A stretch of 64,000 bases of DNA, taken from NCBI GenBank assembly GCA_032718475.1, contig JAUCBJ010007160.1, forward strand, positions 1 to 64,000. The letters run 5' to 3'. Under the pieces are notes generated by a model. That model worked only from the letters and a program-made list of their open reading frames with translations, had not been told where the DNA came from and searched no databases. Position 1 is the stretch's first letter, and each line of letters starts with the position of its first letter. A program made the translations under genes and the position numbers. Shown piece by piece: positions 47,976 to 61,827 of the stretch. This stretch comes from Nemertoderma westbladi (Eukaryota; Animalia; Xenacoelomorpha).

Positions 47976-49642
47976 AATACAGCAGTATTATTCGATTTTT
48001 ATAATTATATACCGGTAGGTCTTGATATTTAATCAGGGACGCCTGATTTTTATTGGGATTTTACTTATTTCTGTCAGTTTTATTTATTCGTAAGTGTAAT
48101 GTTGAGCAGAACTGCAGAAGGCGTGTAAGCCTGCTCAGATTGTATAAATGATTTGTAGGCTGGATTGTTGTCTGGCTGTTGTCAGGTCCGAAGAGATTGC
48201 AGTGTGTGTAGAGTGTATGTCCGATAAAGTACTAGTTAGGAACGTGGGGGCATCCAGTGCTGTAAGGTAAATCCCCCCCGAAAGAATAAGTCGTACTACT
48301 CGGTTAGAACGCATACTAACTAACCATTTCGGAGTCTGCATATACTATAGTTTATTTGGGCTTGATAGTAGTCTGCCAGCGTTTGGTCTGTATTTTGTTT
48401 GTGTAGTCTATACGGGTAGCGTAATATTTATTATTCAGAGTTTATGCGATTATTCGCAACATACACAACCCCAAGTTTATTCCTACAGTAATTGTGCTTG
48501 TTATACATACCGTTATAGTTAAATTAACCCCGGTACTACATCAGGGCTGTTTGGCGTAGGTAAAGACTGGTGATTTTATGCTCTAGTCACTCCAGCAGAT
48601 ACCGTGGTTCTTTTAGCTGTACAAGTATATTTAACTGCTGGTTATTTGTTGTATAAGTACTTGTACCTAATTTAGGGTTTAGTGTACAGTGCTTTCCGAA
48701 GGTAATTAGTTTGTAGGCAGTATATTTGTGTTGTAAAGTGGTTAATAGGCATGTTAGCTATGGTAGGCTGCGGTAATTAACTTCTAGGTAGGGACATTCC
48801 GGGTACATAACGTAGTACTTCTAGAGCTGTAAAGCTAGAGACTATAAGTCGTCAGACGGTGGTATTTTCTTATCTAGACAACGCAATATATTTACTACTG
48901 CTTTATTATTTTCAAATACCGACCGTAGTATCCTGTCAGTTTATAAGAACCAGAAATTCTAACCCCTTGTTAGGCTGGTTTGTAGATTTCTTGTAAAATT
49001 ACCCCTAAAATTTGTATGTGTAATTTTTTGTGTTTATTTAGAGATTGTAATCTCACCCAGTAATTGTACATAATTTGTAGTAATAAGTAACTTAGTCAAG
49101 TAGAATTATTTGTTTTAGTGTCCAACAAGTAGCACTTCACTGAGCTGCTGAGAGCGTTCAGCTTCTGTGAGGTGACTCCTTACCAGAAATAATAACCTAA
49201 AAAGTAGTAACCCTAAAATTCAGAAATTCAGTTATTATAAAATAATTTACATACCGGTATTTACGATAGGCTTATTATATTTATTTCTATAAATTTAAGC
49301 TGAAATTATATTCCGGTATTCTGTAATTAATCCTGGTCTATAATAATACTTATATATACCATAGGTGTATACCGGTATTTACAGTAGGCTTATTATATAT
49401 ATTTATATAAATTTAGGCTGAAATTATATACCAGTATTTTGTAACTAATTCTAGTCTGTCATAATACTTATATATATACTATAAGTGTATACCGGTATTT
49501 TAATATATTGTATATATATCACGTTACATTGAGTAACGGTATCGATAATTAATTACTAGGCTTACAGTTACAGTTGATACTGAATTACTAGACTTGCTTT
49601 AACTGTCGTTATAGTAGTAGGCATTCAACTGTACAATCCAAC

Positions 49643-52600
49643 ATGTCTGACACAAAACAAACACTGTCAGATAGTCTCTTAGAAAGTGTTAGAATGAGTA
49701 TTAGACTTAGACAGCGTATTAAAAGGATCTGTGACCAAGATCAAAGTATAGAACATCCCAGACCAAAGTCCAAGTCCCCTCCTACTGTAAGAAAGGTCAT
49801 CCCTCCAGTCAGCCAGTAGTAGTATCAGACCCTAGGCTAGTAAAGCACCATAGGTCTATCATAGGCACTAGGGCTCAAGTTAAGCGGGACCAAGAGGCAG
49901 CTGTTAAACAGCAGCAGCACCCGAAACGAGAACTTATTTCCCAGCGGCCCGATAACTCCAGTAGTTCAGACACTGTAGAGTTGACACCCGAGATCGGAGC
50001 AAGGATGACAGAAGCGGTTTCTCCAGATCCACTTCTCATTCTTCCTGAAGCCGTACTCACTAGAGTATTGATTGCGGTGGAGGAACACCAAATTGATTGG
50101 GCGAGAAGTAAGCGATCGACCAAGGACAGTTATGCGGGATACTCAATAGAGGAACTGAAGTCTATTGTCGAGACGCAATGGAACTTCCCCGGACCCAGAC
50201 TCCCGTTTAACTTGTCGGAAGCTGCCTGGGAAGACTTATACAGGATGGGAGTGGTAAAGGACACTAGAGATCCAGCTGTGTGGAAGAGGTCGGCAGCAGG
50301 ATATGTACAGGGATTCTTCAGCTCTTTGGAGCGATTGGAGGAACAACTGTTTCAACAACCCCAAGGACCTCAACAGCAGGGAGAGCTGCTTTATCAAGTT
50401 CGAGAACGTAGCTTAAGAATCCGACTAATACTTTCAGCCTTTGATGAAGCCTCGAAGAGAAGCCAAGACACGTCGTTGCAGGTTGCCGTAAAGACTTGGT
50501 TCCAACGGGTGAGTCTTAAAGTCCAAGAAACAACACAATGGAAAGCTCAGCTAACCGAGCGCATGACCCATGGAGAATCAACAGACGCTACCTTTTCTCA
50601 GGTGGAAAGCGACGTCACATCAGAGAAACCTCCGAAGAAGGATGCTATTGACATCTATCTGTCGGACTATCAACGATTTATAGGTGACAAAGAGCTAAGG
50701 AGACGGCTAGCTGGACTTCGCCCCAATAGTGAAGGAGCCAAATTTGTGTTAGACGCAATAGATGCGGAAAGGTTAGAAGCAGATCGAGCTAAATTTGATG
50801 AAAGAATCCGCATCGTTAGGGAACAGGAAGAACAATTAAAGAAAAAACAAATAGAAGACAGAAAGGCAGCAACAGCAGCAGCGGCAGAAGTGAAAAGAAA
50901 AGCGGCAGCAGCAGAAGCCGAAAGAACTGTGGCGGAGGCAGTGGTAGAAGCAGAACGGAAGGCATCTGAAGAGACAACCCAACTAGAGTTGGAAAATCTT
51001 CAAGAGAAGCAAGACTACTTAAATAAACAGATAACAGCTAGTCAGATGCAGCTGATAAGTCGATCTACTCCCAAGTGACAGGGATTTACATCATCTGATG
51101 AAGGCGAGACAACAGATCCTGAAGGCGGAGGAAATAGATCTCATCTCAGCAGGCGTAGAAGAATGCCCCACCGTCAGAAATTGCCTAATTTGCCCCCAGC
51201 CGTGAGAAGGCAACTAGCTAGCACAGACTTAGGTAGTACAGAACCCACAGACCAAATTATTAGAATAGAAAGACTCCCTACTATAGTAGATGAGCCTGAA
51301 ATAATTAGGCCTGTTCTCGAAGCCACCCCTTCTGTGATAGAGACTTCCAGAACCTAACTCTAAATTCCCTTTGCACAGTACTAAACTACCTGTATCCAGT
51401 AGGACAGTTCCTCAGTCAACTCCGGTCCTGGACGCCGAGCGAGACATCAATGATTTGTCGCCCGTCGTCCCTCGTCTACCCGCTACTATGTTGGCGGCTC
51501 CCGCTTCGGCGGTCGAGTGGGTGGATGAGGGATGGCGGGGGATGGATCTCCTGCTCAGGCGGATGCAAGAGACTGTTCAACAGTTCAAGGGAACAGTAAG
51601 GGAAAGTAGGTTAGAGTTGCAAGAAGTGCAGCAGAGTATCGCGTTAGAACGCGATAAATTAGTAAATATACAAAGGAGTATACCACCACCCCCTGTAACA
51701 ATGTGTCAACCTGTTAGGTCTGAAGTATTTCATGCGCAAGGTGTGGAGCCTACACGCATCTATACTGCTAGTGAAGTAGAAACTCCTATAGTAAACCCTA
51801 TTAAGGGTAATTATAAACCTGTTGACAATGATATTCCATATAGACCTGATCATAATCCTAGAAATTTATATACCGATAACTCGATATTAAATAACACGAT
51901 GGCCCAAGAAAGTTGTACGCGTCAAATGGCTAGAACCGAAGCCCGTCAAGCGGTAAAGGTGGGAGAGATCGTCAAGTTCAATGGAGATGAGATGAAATGG
52001 TTACCTTTTAATGAATATTACAAAGATAACATACAGAACTCTGTACTATCTAACGGAGAGAAACTTAGATTCCTCATCGAGTGTTTGGAAGGACCTCCCA
52101 AGTTAATGGCGTTAAAGTTTATTGGACATCCAGATGGATTAAGACAAGTTTGGGATACACTAAACATCAGGTATGGTAATAGGACAAACATAGCTAGGTA
52201 TTTGTATGCAAAATTAGTAGCGCCCCGAAAGTTCCTTAGCAGCGGGATTACAGAGTTTTCCGATGAGATTCAGGAGATCTGTAGACAACTAGATTGGTTA
52301 TGTAAGTCTCATGAATACCAGAATTCTATGGTTGTAGGAGCCTTAGCATCAGCTTTGCCAAAGGGTGAAGTAGGTACTCGCTGGGACAAAAAGGTTCTCT
52401 CTTTGATGGACCAACAACATAGAGATCCAACCATGACGGACCTTCTGTCATTCTTAAACCGAGAGGTAAGATTACAACTCCTAAAACAGTCTAGAGAGAA
52501 GACTCCTGAAAGTGAGGTAAGTGAAAAACCCGTTTCTAGGAGAAAGGTAACACCAGTGTGTTATACAGACGACGGCAAAGACCAAACCTCCCACGAGGAG

Positions 52601-55600
52601 AACAGCGGGAAAGACACCGAAAGATCTTATTATGTCAACAAAGTACCTAAAGACGTAAGTAAATTTAAGTCTCGAACCAGTGACAGGAGAGAACAGGTAA
52701 CAACAACTTCTCCTACGTCTCCTAAAAGAATTCATGGAAGAAAGCCCGAGGAAAGAACAAGTGTGCACCACACAGCACGGGTTAAAGTAAGTAACATCAA
52801 GCCCAAATTTATGTTGGACAATACCTTTATACCGGTACATTGTTTGGTGTATTTGTTATTGTTTTTACATAATGTATAAATAAATCAATCAATCAAAAAA
52901 AAAATATGCTGTTAAACTTCACTTGGGGATAATAGTTTTTGAGGTCGATAATCCTATGGGCGAGGTTACATCCGTTTAGTAGAGTAAATAAGACGAGTGT
53001 AAGGAGTGTAAAGGCTCTTTAGTAGAGGAGTGTAAATTAGCTCCCTGTATTGTACCAGCAAAGTTGTTATTAAATGAATGGGGGGGGGGGGGGGGGGTAC
53101 ACCCCCTCAGGTCAAAATTTGCGATTTTTGATTTTTGATTTTATCTAGAGCAGAATTTAATGAGGATTTCCAATCCTCATAATAATGAGATCTCTTTACT
53201 TTCACTAGTAGGCCTAATGGCTAGTTTTCCGTCTGTCCATCGAAATATTATATAAAGCATATAAGCAATCTGAAGTGTTTGCTGTTGGGTTTTTCCTACG
53301 ATTACTGTTTTCATGTTTGGAATTATCTAATCACTATGTCTGTATGTGAGTCTGCCTGTCTCTCAGTTTTCTGTCTGTCTGATTGTCGGTCTGTCAACGT
53401 GTCCGTCAATATATAATATTTAATAGCTATTTAATAGATATTTGTCAGTTTTGTATTGCATATTTAACAATGGACTAGTCTAATGGACTAGTATATGTCT
53501 ACGGGTAATAAGAAATGTTAACCATCATACAACAATAACTGGTAATAATAATTGTGTGGATCAACCATAATCTTATTACTTTTTAAGTTCCACATGCTTC
53601 GAGAATGATACACGTGCTGCGCGAAGTCTTCATGTGCTGCACATGCTCCACGTCAAGGCTTCTCATTGTGATCAAGACGCTTTACGAGCTGCTCGATTAA
53701 TAAACGTGCTGTGTGAAGACTAAGTGCTACGTGAAACCTTCACGTGCTGCGCGAAGGTTTCACGTGCTGCGCAAAGCTTAATGTGCTGTGTAAAGGCATA
53801 TTAGAAAAAATGTTGAAATTTTTATATAATTTTGAAAGTTTGTTGAAGGTTGTCTCATTATTCCATGACTACATATATTAAGAAATATCGAAATAGTATG
53901 CGATTAAATTTTGTTCACGTGTTGCGCGAAGCGTTTTTGGGCAAGCACTTTAAAATATTAACAGGTTATTAAAAGTGGGTAGGTGTTTATTTGAACCAAA
54001 TTTCATGAAATCCATTGAGAAATTACATAATGGGTAGGGAATAACCAATGGGAAACGAAAAGGAGATACCAGTCAGTGAAAATAGCAGGAACATTTGAAA
54101 TATATTGTTCTTAACCACTGGGGTATTTTGACCATTAGCACCACTGGGGGGGGGGGGGGGGGGGCGATTCGGCCCACCCACAATATTTTTGTAGTCGTCC
54201 AATGAAATCGTACAAAATTTGGGCTGTTGGTGAAACAACTATAGATGAACACTACCAAATCTTAAAAAATTAAAATTTCATAAGCAGGGACTCATAATTT
54301 TGATGAAAAATAAAAGTAGTCCCAGGACAAAATTACAAAATTTTTCGTTTTCTAAAAACTAATAGTGTGGCAGTGTTGGCTAGATTTAGTAGGTTTTTTT
54401 TTCAAGACGCTGAATCGAATGTGATTATATTCCACTTCCAAAAATTGAAGTGGATGCTATTTTTCGTGCACCTAAGAAGTGGGCGTGGCACTTCAAATTT
54501 AGAAAAATTAGATATTCAGAAAATGCCCCTAATTTATTTATTTCAACGCATCTTTATGGGTTTTCTGGGCCACTGAATCGATTGAAAGTAATATAGAAGC
54601 CTGAAGACTGAGTGGTTCGCCATTTTTGGTGCACCAAAATTAGGGCGTGGCACTTCAAATTTTGAAAAATACGAGATTCGGAAAATAAACCAAAATTGAA
54701 ATTTGTTATACAGTGTTATAGTGTTATACAGACGACGGCAAAGACCAAACCTCCCATGAGGAGAACAGCGGGAAAGACACCGAAAGATCTTATTATGTCA
54801 ACAAAGTACCTAAAGACGTAAGTAAATTTAAGTCTCGAACCAGTGACAGGAGAGAACAGGTAACAACAACTTCTCCTACGTCTCCTAAAAGAATTCATGG
54901 AAGAAAGCCCGAGGAAAGAACAAGTGTGCACCACACAGCACGGGTTAAAGTAAGTAACATCAAGCCCAAATGTGTATTGTGTGACGGGCCCCATCGCTTG
55001 AGTGGGTGTGATGAATTCTTAAAGAAATCCCTAAAGGATAGACGTGATGTCATGTGGGATAAGCGGTTGTGTTATAATTTTCTCAGACGAGGACACCAAC
55101 GGTGGACCTGTTACTCAGATGCTAGGTGTGCTAAGTGCGGCGCGAAACATCATATCTTGCTGCACACCGAATTCGAAAGAAACAGCCCGAGTCAGGTAAG
55201 TGAGCCCGAACTACATGTCCAATTCAGTGATGTGAACGACACTGACCACAGTTCTGAGATGGAAGGATTCTACACGGATGAATTCTCCGACAAAAACGAA
55301 TCCTGTTATCTAATAAACACCGCAGTGTATCGAGCACTTACGTATGAGACTGAACCCGATAGTGAGCTTCCCCTAACTATTCCTGGCCGACAACCATCTT
55401 GGAAAGCGCCAACTTCCAACGTAGGAATCCGAGAATTTCCCGTAGTGCAGTTGAGAGTCCATGGGTTAAAAAGGAGCTATATAGTGAATGCCCTCCTTGA
55501 CTCCGGCAGCACAGGAACATTCATCGACAAAGAACTAGCCGAAGACATCTTTGCTGGACAACCCAAGTTCCGAACTAAGTTGAACCTTTCAGGAATTATG

Positions 55601-56707
55601 CAGGTTTGGAAATCTACAGTAGCTACAGACTACTATGTAGGCGCCCCCCAGGATGAACTAGGAGAACACAGTATAAGGTCAGTAAAAATGGTGGTGATAA
55701 AGAACTTCGCTACCAGCCAAGTAGAACCTTATAACTGGGATGAAGACGATTTCACCCAGCAGCATGAGATACCTAGATTCAACACCGACTACCCAGGGGT
55801 ACAGATACTCATCGGCCAAAATGCGCATGAGGCGCTTGAGACATTGGAGAGGCGGCCTGCTCGACCGCAACCATTGCAAACCTATGCGGGAAGAACAAGA
55901 GTAGGTTGGTACTTCACTGGACCTTCCCGTAGGACACTCATGGAAAGGCTACCCAAAGATCAGGTCCATCAAGTGAGTGGATGTGAAGAAGACATCAGTG
56001 AGGGAGAGACAACCACAACTGAGGGAACACCATACTCCTCAGATAATGACGATATTAACTCTAATGTAGATCAATGGAGACATTGCCTTGGGACGATTAA
56101 TCCAGCCGACATCGCTTCCAGAGGAGCAACTCCTCAAGAACTGATAGATACTCCAGACTGGTTAGGTGGACCCGACTTCCTAAGTGAAGAAGAGGATGAA
56201 TGGCCTCCTCATCTCACCACGGCTGAGATCAGACAAGCCAAGGGAGCGGAGAAAGTCAAACCTAAAACCCGGACGAGTAAATCAAAGTTATTCAAACCCG
56301 TGATAGATCGGTCTGTACTACACATTTCCAGGGACGACGCTGTAGATCTAAACTCCCCCGCCACAAATAACTCTGTTGTGGAAATCAGAGAAAGAGACTG
56401 GAAATCTGGAACACCAGACGTCTCGCAGGGACTCTCCCCTCTCCTGCAGGGAGCGCTAAACCACTATAGCTCCTGGAATCGGCTTTGTAAGGCCGTCATG
56501 TATTTGAAGCGATGTTTCTATTGTCACTATTCCAGGACGAAGAGAAAACCTGGAATTGTATTCGAAACACAACAACTCAATCGCCCAGTTGGTCGTTTAT
56601 GTTTACTGGAAAGAGACCGAGAACTGTCCGGAAACTATGGAAGGCAAGATACTCTTCCCACGACCACCTCCCTAATCCAACAAACATCTAGGGACTCCCC
56701 AACGTAA
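49643..56707 (+). pseudogene. gag-pro: Disrupted gag-pro plus RNase H remnant of copy 2
   Basis: ORF pieces 49981-51078, 51163-51357, 51371-52808 and 54926-56707 align with the 1409-aa ORF. Confidence 0.9.
52809..54720. mobile_element. Composite insert in copy 2 (poly-A-tailed fragment, Kolobok-like MITE end near 53079, piggyBac-like MITE fragment about 54113-54704)
   Basis: Similarity to 24717-25591 and 12898-14306; flanked by a 251-bp direct duplication. Confidence 0.75.
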
Positions 56708-58410
56708 CAGCGCCTGGAGTGGGTGTGTGACTACATTATTTTATATTTGTTTTTATTATTTTATATTTATGTATGTATTATTATGTAATTTTATTATAAT
56801 CGTTTTCTTTAATTTTATTTAGCAGAATGATATTTTAGCGATTATTTAGTAGATTAGTGCAATATATATTAGTGTTTATTACTTACTTACTTATATTATA
56901 TTATATATTTAGTGCAACGGCGAGAAATAATTCTTTTTCTCTTTCCTTACTGTCCGTATCATATTATAAATACGTGACTACATTAAGATGAAATATCCAT
57001 ACTTATTAAAGTACAATAAAGCTCCTACTATATTCAAGTATTATTGGTAAGTAGAGTATTAGGAATGCAAAGTTCAGATCCTCGTGTCTCGGCTAAACCA
57101 AGCTATGGGTAGACCTTGGAAACGACTTGCCTCTTCTCACTGACATTGCTTCTTGCAATATTGCTCTCATACCATATATTAAATAATACATATAGTAGCG
57201 TGATGTCCCTTTAACAGTAACGTACAACGCAAATAAATTTGCGCCTTTGACCATCTGTAATTCTAGTCGATTAAGATATCGTGGCACCCACCGATATACT
57301 TGAAAGACAAAATTCTAGAATCAGTGGTTAACGTCCCCAGACAAGTTCTGGAATAAACCGGTGCCCATCTTAAATATTAACTATTAATATTTATAAAATC
57401 TGTCAAACAAATACAATAGAGTAAATACTTACAAGTTAACTCTAGAAAATCTATAAATTAAAATCTGTTAAATTTTAGATCCTTTAAAATTCTAGTCGAT
57501 TAAGATATCGTAGCACTTACCGATACTCTTAATAGGACAAATTTCCTAGAATCAAGGATCCCAGTCCCCAGACATGCTTTGGAATAAAATTGAGCTTATT
57601 CCAACATTAAAAAATAAAATTTACGGGAATAAATTTAAATTCATCTCTTTTAATGAATTTGATAAATTGTCATTTTTATACAATTTATAACATTCCCAAA
57701 ATTCCATTAATTAATAGATCATGGGAGCGGAGATTCACCCTATTAAGTGTATTAGTGTGCGAGAATCTCCAATATATAGTCAATAGCCGATAAAATTCAT
57801 AAAATCATGTATAAGGGGGAATATTGACAATTAAAGAATTACTATTAAATAGCATCCCAGATCTGTATGCATGAGAATTACCCTAATTATACTGCTGGCT
57901 TTCCATAATGTCACCATGGCAACAACCACGCTAGAATTAGAAGTGAGTTAAAAGAACAATAAAAGGCTTGCCCCATTGAATAGCATACGGAATAAATAGC
58001 GCACTGCTAGTATCCAGGGATACATAATAATAACGTGGCATTCTGGAAGGCACTTGACTAACGGACAAATGGCCCGAATGTGTACAATTTGTGACAGTGG
58101 TGTGGAATTTGTGCGTTTATAGGTGAATGTTACTACTAAAGTGTATTTACAGTAGCGAGTCGCAGTTGTGAAAGTAGCCCTACCTCCGCAGTAAGAACCT
58201 GAAGTAAATCTAAGCCCTTGGGACGGACAGTGGAGTGACTCGCGCTGGTATTGTTGTCGTTGTGTAGCTACTATGTTGGCGAAAGGCACATCGGCGACAG
58301 TACATCAGCATTGAGGATCTTGCGCTGTCCGGGGGCATTGAGGGGTAGGCAGCGACGCCCGCTAGCCTAATTATGATTAATTATAATATCGATAAACTCA
58401 TATAGCAGCT

Positions 58411-58661
58411 ATGACTGAGTTGATAGAAGATGATCTTGATATCAGGGAGCGATATACCCTACCATTGCTAGCGTTTGTTGATAGTTTAATACGCGGCGAC
58501 GTTCGTCAACCTACTACGGAGGACGATGGCCATTATATCGAACTGCCAATGTCAAAGGAACAACTCACGCGTGAATTGGACTATAGAAAATTCACCGCTC
58601 GCTATACGCATCGTAATGGTATGTATATGGGCTTCTTAACTACTGGTCATCCTATTGATTT
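58411..58661 (+). CDS. N-terminus of ORF2 in copy 2, truncated
   Basis: MTELIEDDLDIRERYTLPL..LTTGHPID matches the ORF at 22032. Confidence 0.85.
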
Positions 58662-58714
58662 AGTACTCTGCGTTGATACCACTGCTTAAAGCAGTGGTAT
58701 CAACGCAGAGTACT
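58662..58714. other. Inverted pair of SMART / PacBio ultra-low-input amplification adapters (artefact)
   Basis: AGTACTCTGCGTTGATACCACTGCTT-A-AAGCAGTGGTATCAACGCAGAGTACT. Confidence 0.98.
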
Positions 58715-60037
58715 CAGAACAAATAATATATAATATACACTATTCTAGAACAAAAATAAAATAAAAAAATTATTGTTCTAGAACATTCAGCTAGTAATTT
58801 TTTAAATTTAAAATAGCTAGTAATAAAAAAAAATTTATTTATTTATATTATTTTTAAAAAATTTATCTACCGGTACCAAATTGTATCATTTGTTAAATTT
58901 AATAGCTATTATAAAATTAAAAAAAACTAGCTATATGTTTTAGAACATTATTATTTTTTATTTTATTTATGTAATATTATATTTTTTTGGTTTATGCCTA
59001 TTTTTCGAGTCCTCAGGCAAAGGACAGAGTAGCCGATGATGTCAGGGACCTTAGAATCGGGACTGTCTAAAACTGTCGAAAGTCTCTGTCCTAAATCCCG
59101 GTCGGTCCAATTTTTTCCCGGTCCACAAGAATATTAATAAAACCCGGTCCAAAAACTTGCCTAAAAAGTCCCTCCTAGACCAGCAGAAAGTCTCCCATTT
59201 CGGTAATTGTAATGCTTTTTAGCTGATATTAACTTAACTTTTAACTCCATTATTTGCATAATTAATTTTTAAAACCAAAATATCACATTATACACAATAA
59301 TATTGATAATGATGCTGGACGCCACCTAGATCGCAAGCGAGTAATGGTGGTGGTCGCCCATTGGTGATATGAATGAATTGAAGTGATTGGTACCGATGAA
59401 GTACATATAGCAACCCTCCCTGTACCCATGCCCAATACCGCCCTCTCCCAGTACCGATACAACTTACCCGTTATATATATTTGGCAGATGTTTACTACAC
59501 GTGTATGGTGACGACGCTGACAAATCCGCAGTTCTCCAGTCTACCGTTAGGTGGCTGTTAGATTATTATTGTTAGGGCTCCAGTGAATGGCATGTGGTGG
59601 TTAGATCCTACCTGCTGCCGCTACTGGTCTTTTCACTACCGGTATTCTTCCTGTCTGCCTTAACTGTCCTTCACAAGGCTATGAGCCTACTGTACATACA
59701 GCATGTTACTACTGTATGTTATCGGTACTACATATACTGTACAGAAGGCCCTACTGGTATATGCTGCTGTATGGTGGTATGTGTTCTGCTGAGTGTCGGA
59801 ATTGGAATTGTTTAATTGACATCAAAATATAGGAAGAAAGTGAAACTAAATAAAAACGAACATTACGGGTGTAGATAAAAACCAATATAGTCATAGCCGC
59901 ATAAGGCTGTAAGGATATAGATTGGGCTAATTATACTAAGACGGTGAAAAAATAAGATACCGGTACAAACTTGGAATACACAGAAGTGCAATATGTCAAA
60001 TACGGAATACACAAATAAAATATAATCATATGTAGGT

Positions 60038-61132
60038 TAGGGCGGTGCGTTTTTTACTTTTTTTCGATTTCATTGTTCTACCGGTGCACAAAAGTTGCCA
60101 AATGGTAAAAAAATAAGGAAAAAAAATTTCTTGAAATTTCGTCTATATCTTCACGGATCCCAAGAGGGTTGAAATTTTGGTAGAGCGAATAGTTTTTGAG
60201 ATATCGCAGAAAATGTGAAGTCCGGCACAAGTCTACATTTCCGCCTTGATGTGATATGGACAAATCCCCAAAAAAATTTATTTTGAATTATCTGAAGGAA
60301 TCAAGTATAGACACATGACTGCAACAAATTGATTTAGTGTATACACAGACACCTTCAAAATTAAAGAGTAGTGATTAGTTTACTATAGTTTTTGTACAAA
60401 ATGTGTGGAATGGGTCAACTGAATATCAAGTATTAATTGGTGGACATAGTCTTGACATTTTGTATAATAACTCAAGAACTAATGACTCTACTGCTGTTAT
60501 TTTAAAGGTGTCTAAACCCACTACATCGATCATTTCTGTGATGTGTCTATTCTTGGTTCCTTGAGATAATTCAAAATAAAATTTTTGAGGATTTGTCCAT
60601 ATCGCATCAAGGTGGTAATGAAGACTTGTGCCGGACTTCACATTTTCTGCGATATCTCAAGAACTATTCGCTCTACATCTGTTTTGAAGTTGTCTACCCC
60701 CACTAAATCGGACATTGCGGTTCTAATGAGCATAATATTAATGCAGTATGATAATTCAAAGTTGGCCATCGCGAAAATTGGAATTATCATCACTTGCGCC
60801 AAATGGTAGGTTCTGTCCATGTGCCTGTGGCACTAGTTCCCTTGATCCAAAAATTAAAATTTTGGTATCTAACTAAGTTTGGACCCTTTTGATGACATTT
60901 GATGCATGCAGGAAGTTATTTTTTGAGTCATTGTACTTTCATTAATGTCTAATATTGCTATAAATTTCATTATGGTGCATTGCGAAGGCTCAAAATTTCA
61001 ACCCTCTTGGGATCCGTGAAGATGTAGACGAAATTTAAATAAATTTTTTTTCCTTATTTTTTCACCATTTGGCTACTTTTGTGCACCGGTAGAACAATGA
61101 AATCGAAAAAAAGTAAAAAACGCACCGCCCTA
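60038..61132. mobile_element. hAT-like MITE
   Basis: TAGGGCGGTGCG../..CGCACCGCCCTA long TIRs; 8-bp TSD ATGTAGGT (60030-60037, 61133-61140). Confidence 0.93.
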
Positions 61133-61827
61133 ATGTAGGTAGCATTTGTAGAGCAGTAGAGGGCTTTATTTAGGATGAACAAATGTGAAATGTACAAAGT
61201 AGGCCTAGCACCTAGGCCTACTATGTAAATATTAATCTCAAATATGGTGTAGTTAGTTACGTGTACCGGTAGATCAAAATATAGGGAGAAAGTGAAACTA
61301 AAACAAGAGCGAATATTACCGGAATAGATAAAACCAATATAGTCGTAGGAATATAAATCGAGCTAATTAATTGTACTAAAATGGTAAAAAAGTAAGATAT
61401 ATGCACTTGCAGTACACAGAAATATAATATGACAAAGACAGAGTATGCAAGTAAGTAAGTAAGTATGTATTATCACAGGTAGAATCATTAAGCATAGGCA
61501 TAAGTCTGTGCTTCGCTTGTCTGCCTTTTACTATAAATAAATGAGCTACGACTTCCGTATTATTATAGACTCTTTCTTCAGGATCTCAATATGGCGCAGT
61601 GCAGCAGTGCTGTACGTGACGTTCCTACAACAGTAAAAACCTTACTATACAGTATTCAAATGATGGACTTTCAACAGGTCAGATAATGCAACCTACTCAC
61701 TGACTCACCGCATTTATACCGGTCGGCGGTCGCCTATACTAATTCTGATGTCTAGGCCTACCTACTTCTGATGGTGGTACAGTAGCATATACTCTTCTGT
61801 ACCATTATATGCGGTAGGTGCTATAAT

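Larger units (their letters stand above)
47980..58661 (+). mobile_element. Diverged second copy of the Bel/Pao element, no LTR at either end
   Basis: Colinear with about 12320-22280: leader, gag from ATG 49643, protease, RNase H remnant, structured region, ORF2 start; cut by the adapter junction. Confidence 0.93.

Noticed and set aside
59820-61450. Diverged ~200-bp direct repeat on either side of the hAT MITE
   Set aside because: No termini, ORF or structure seen; probably an old local duplication.
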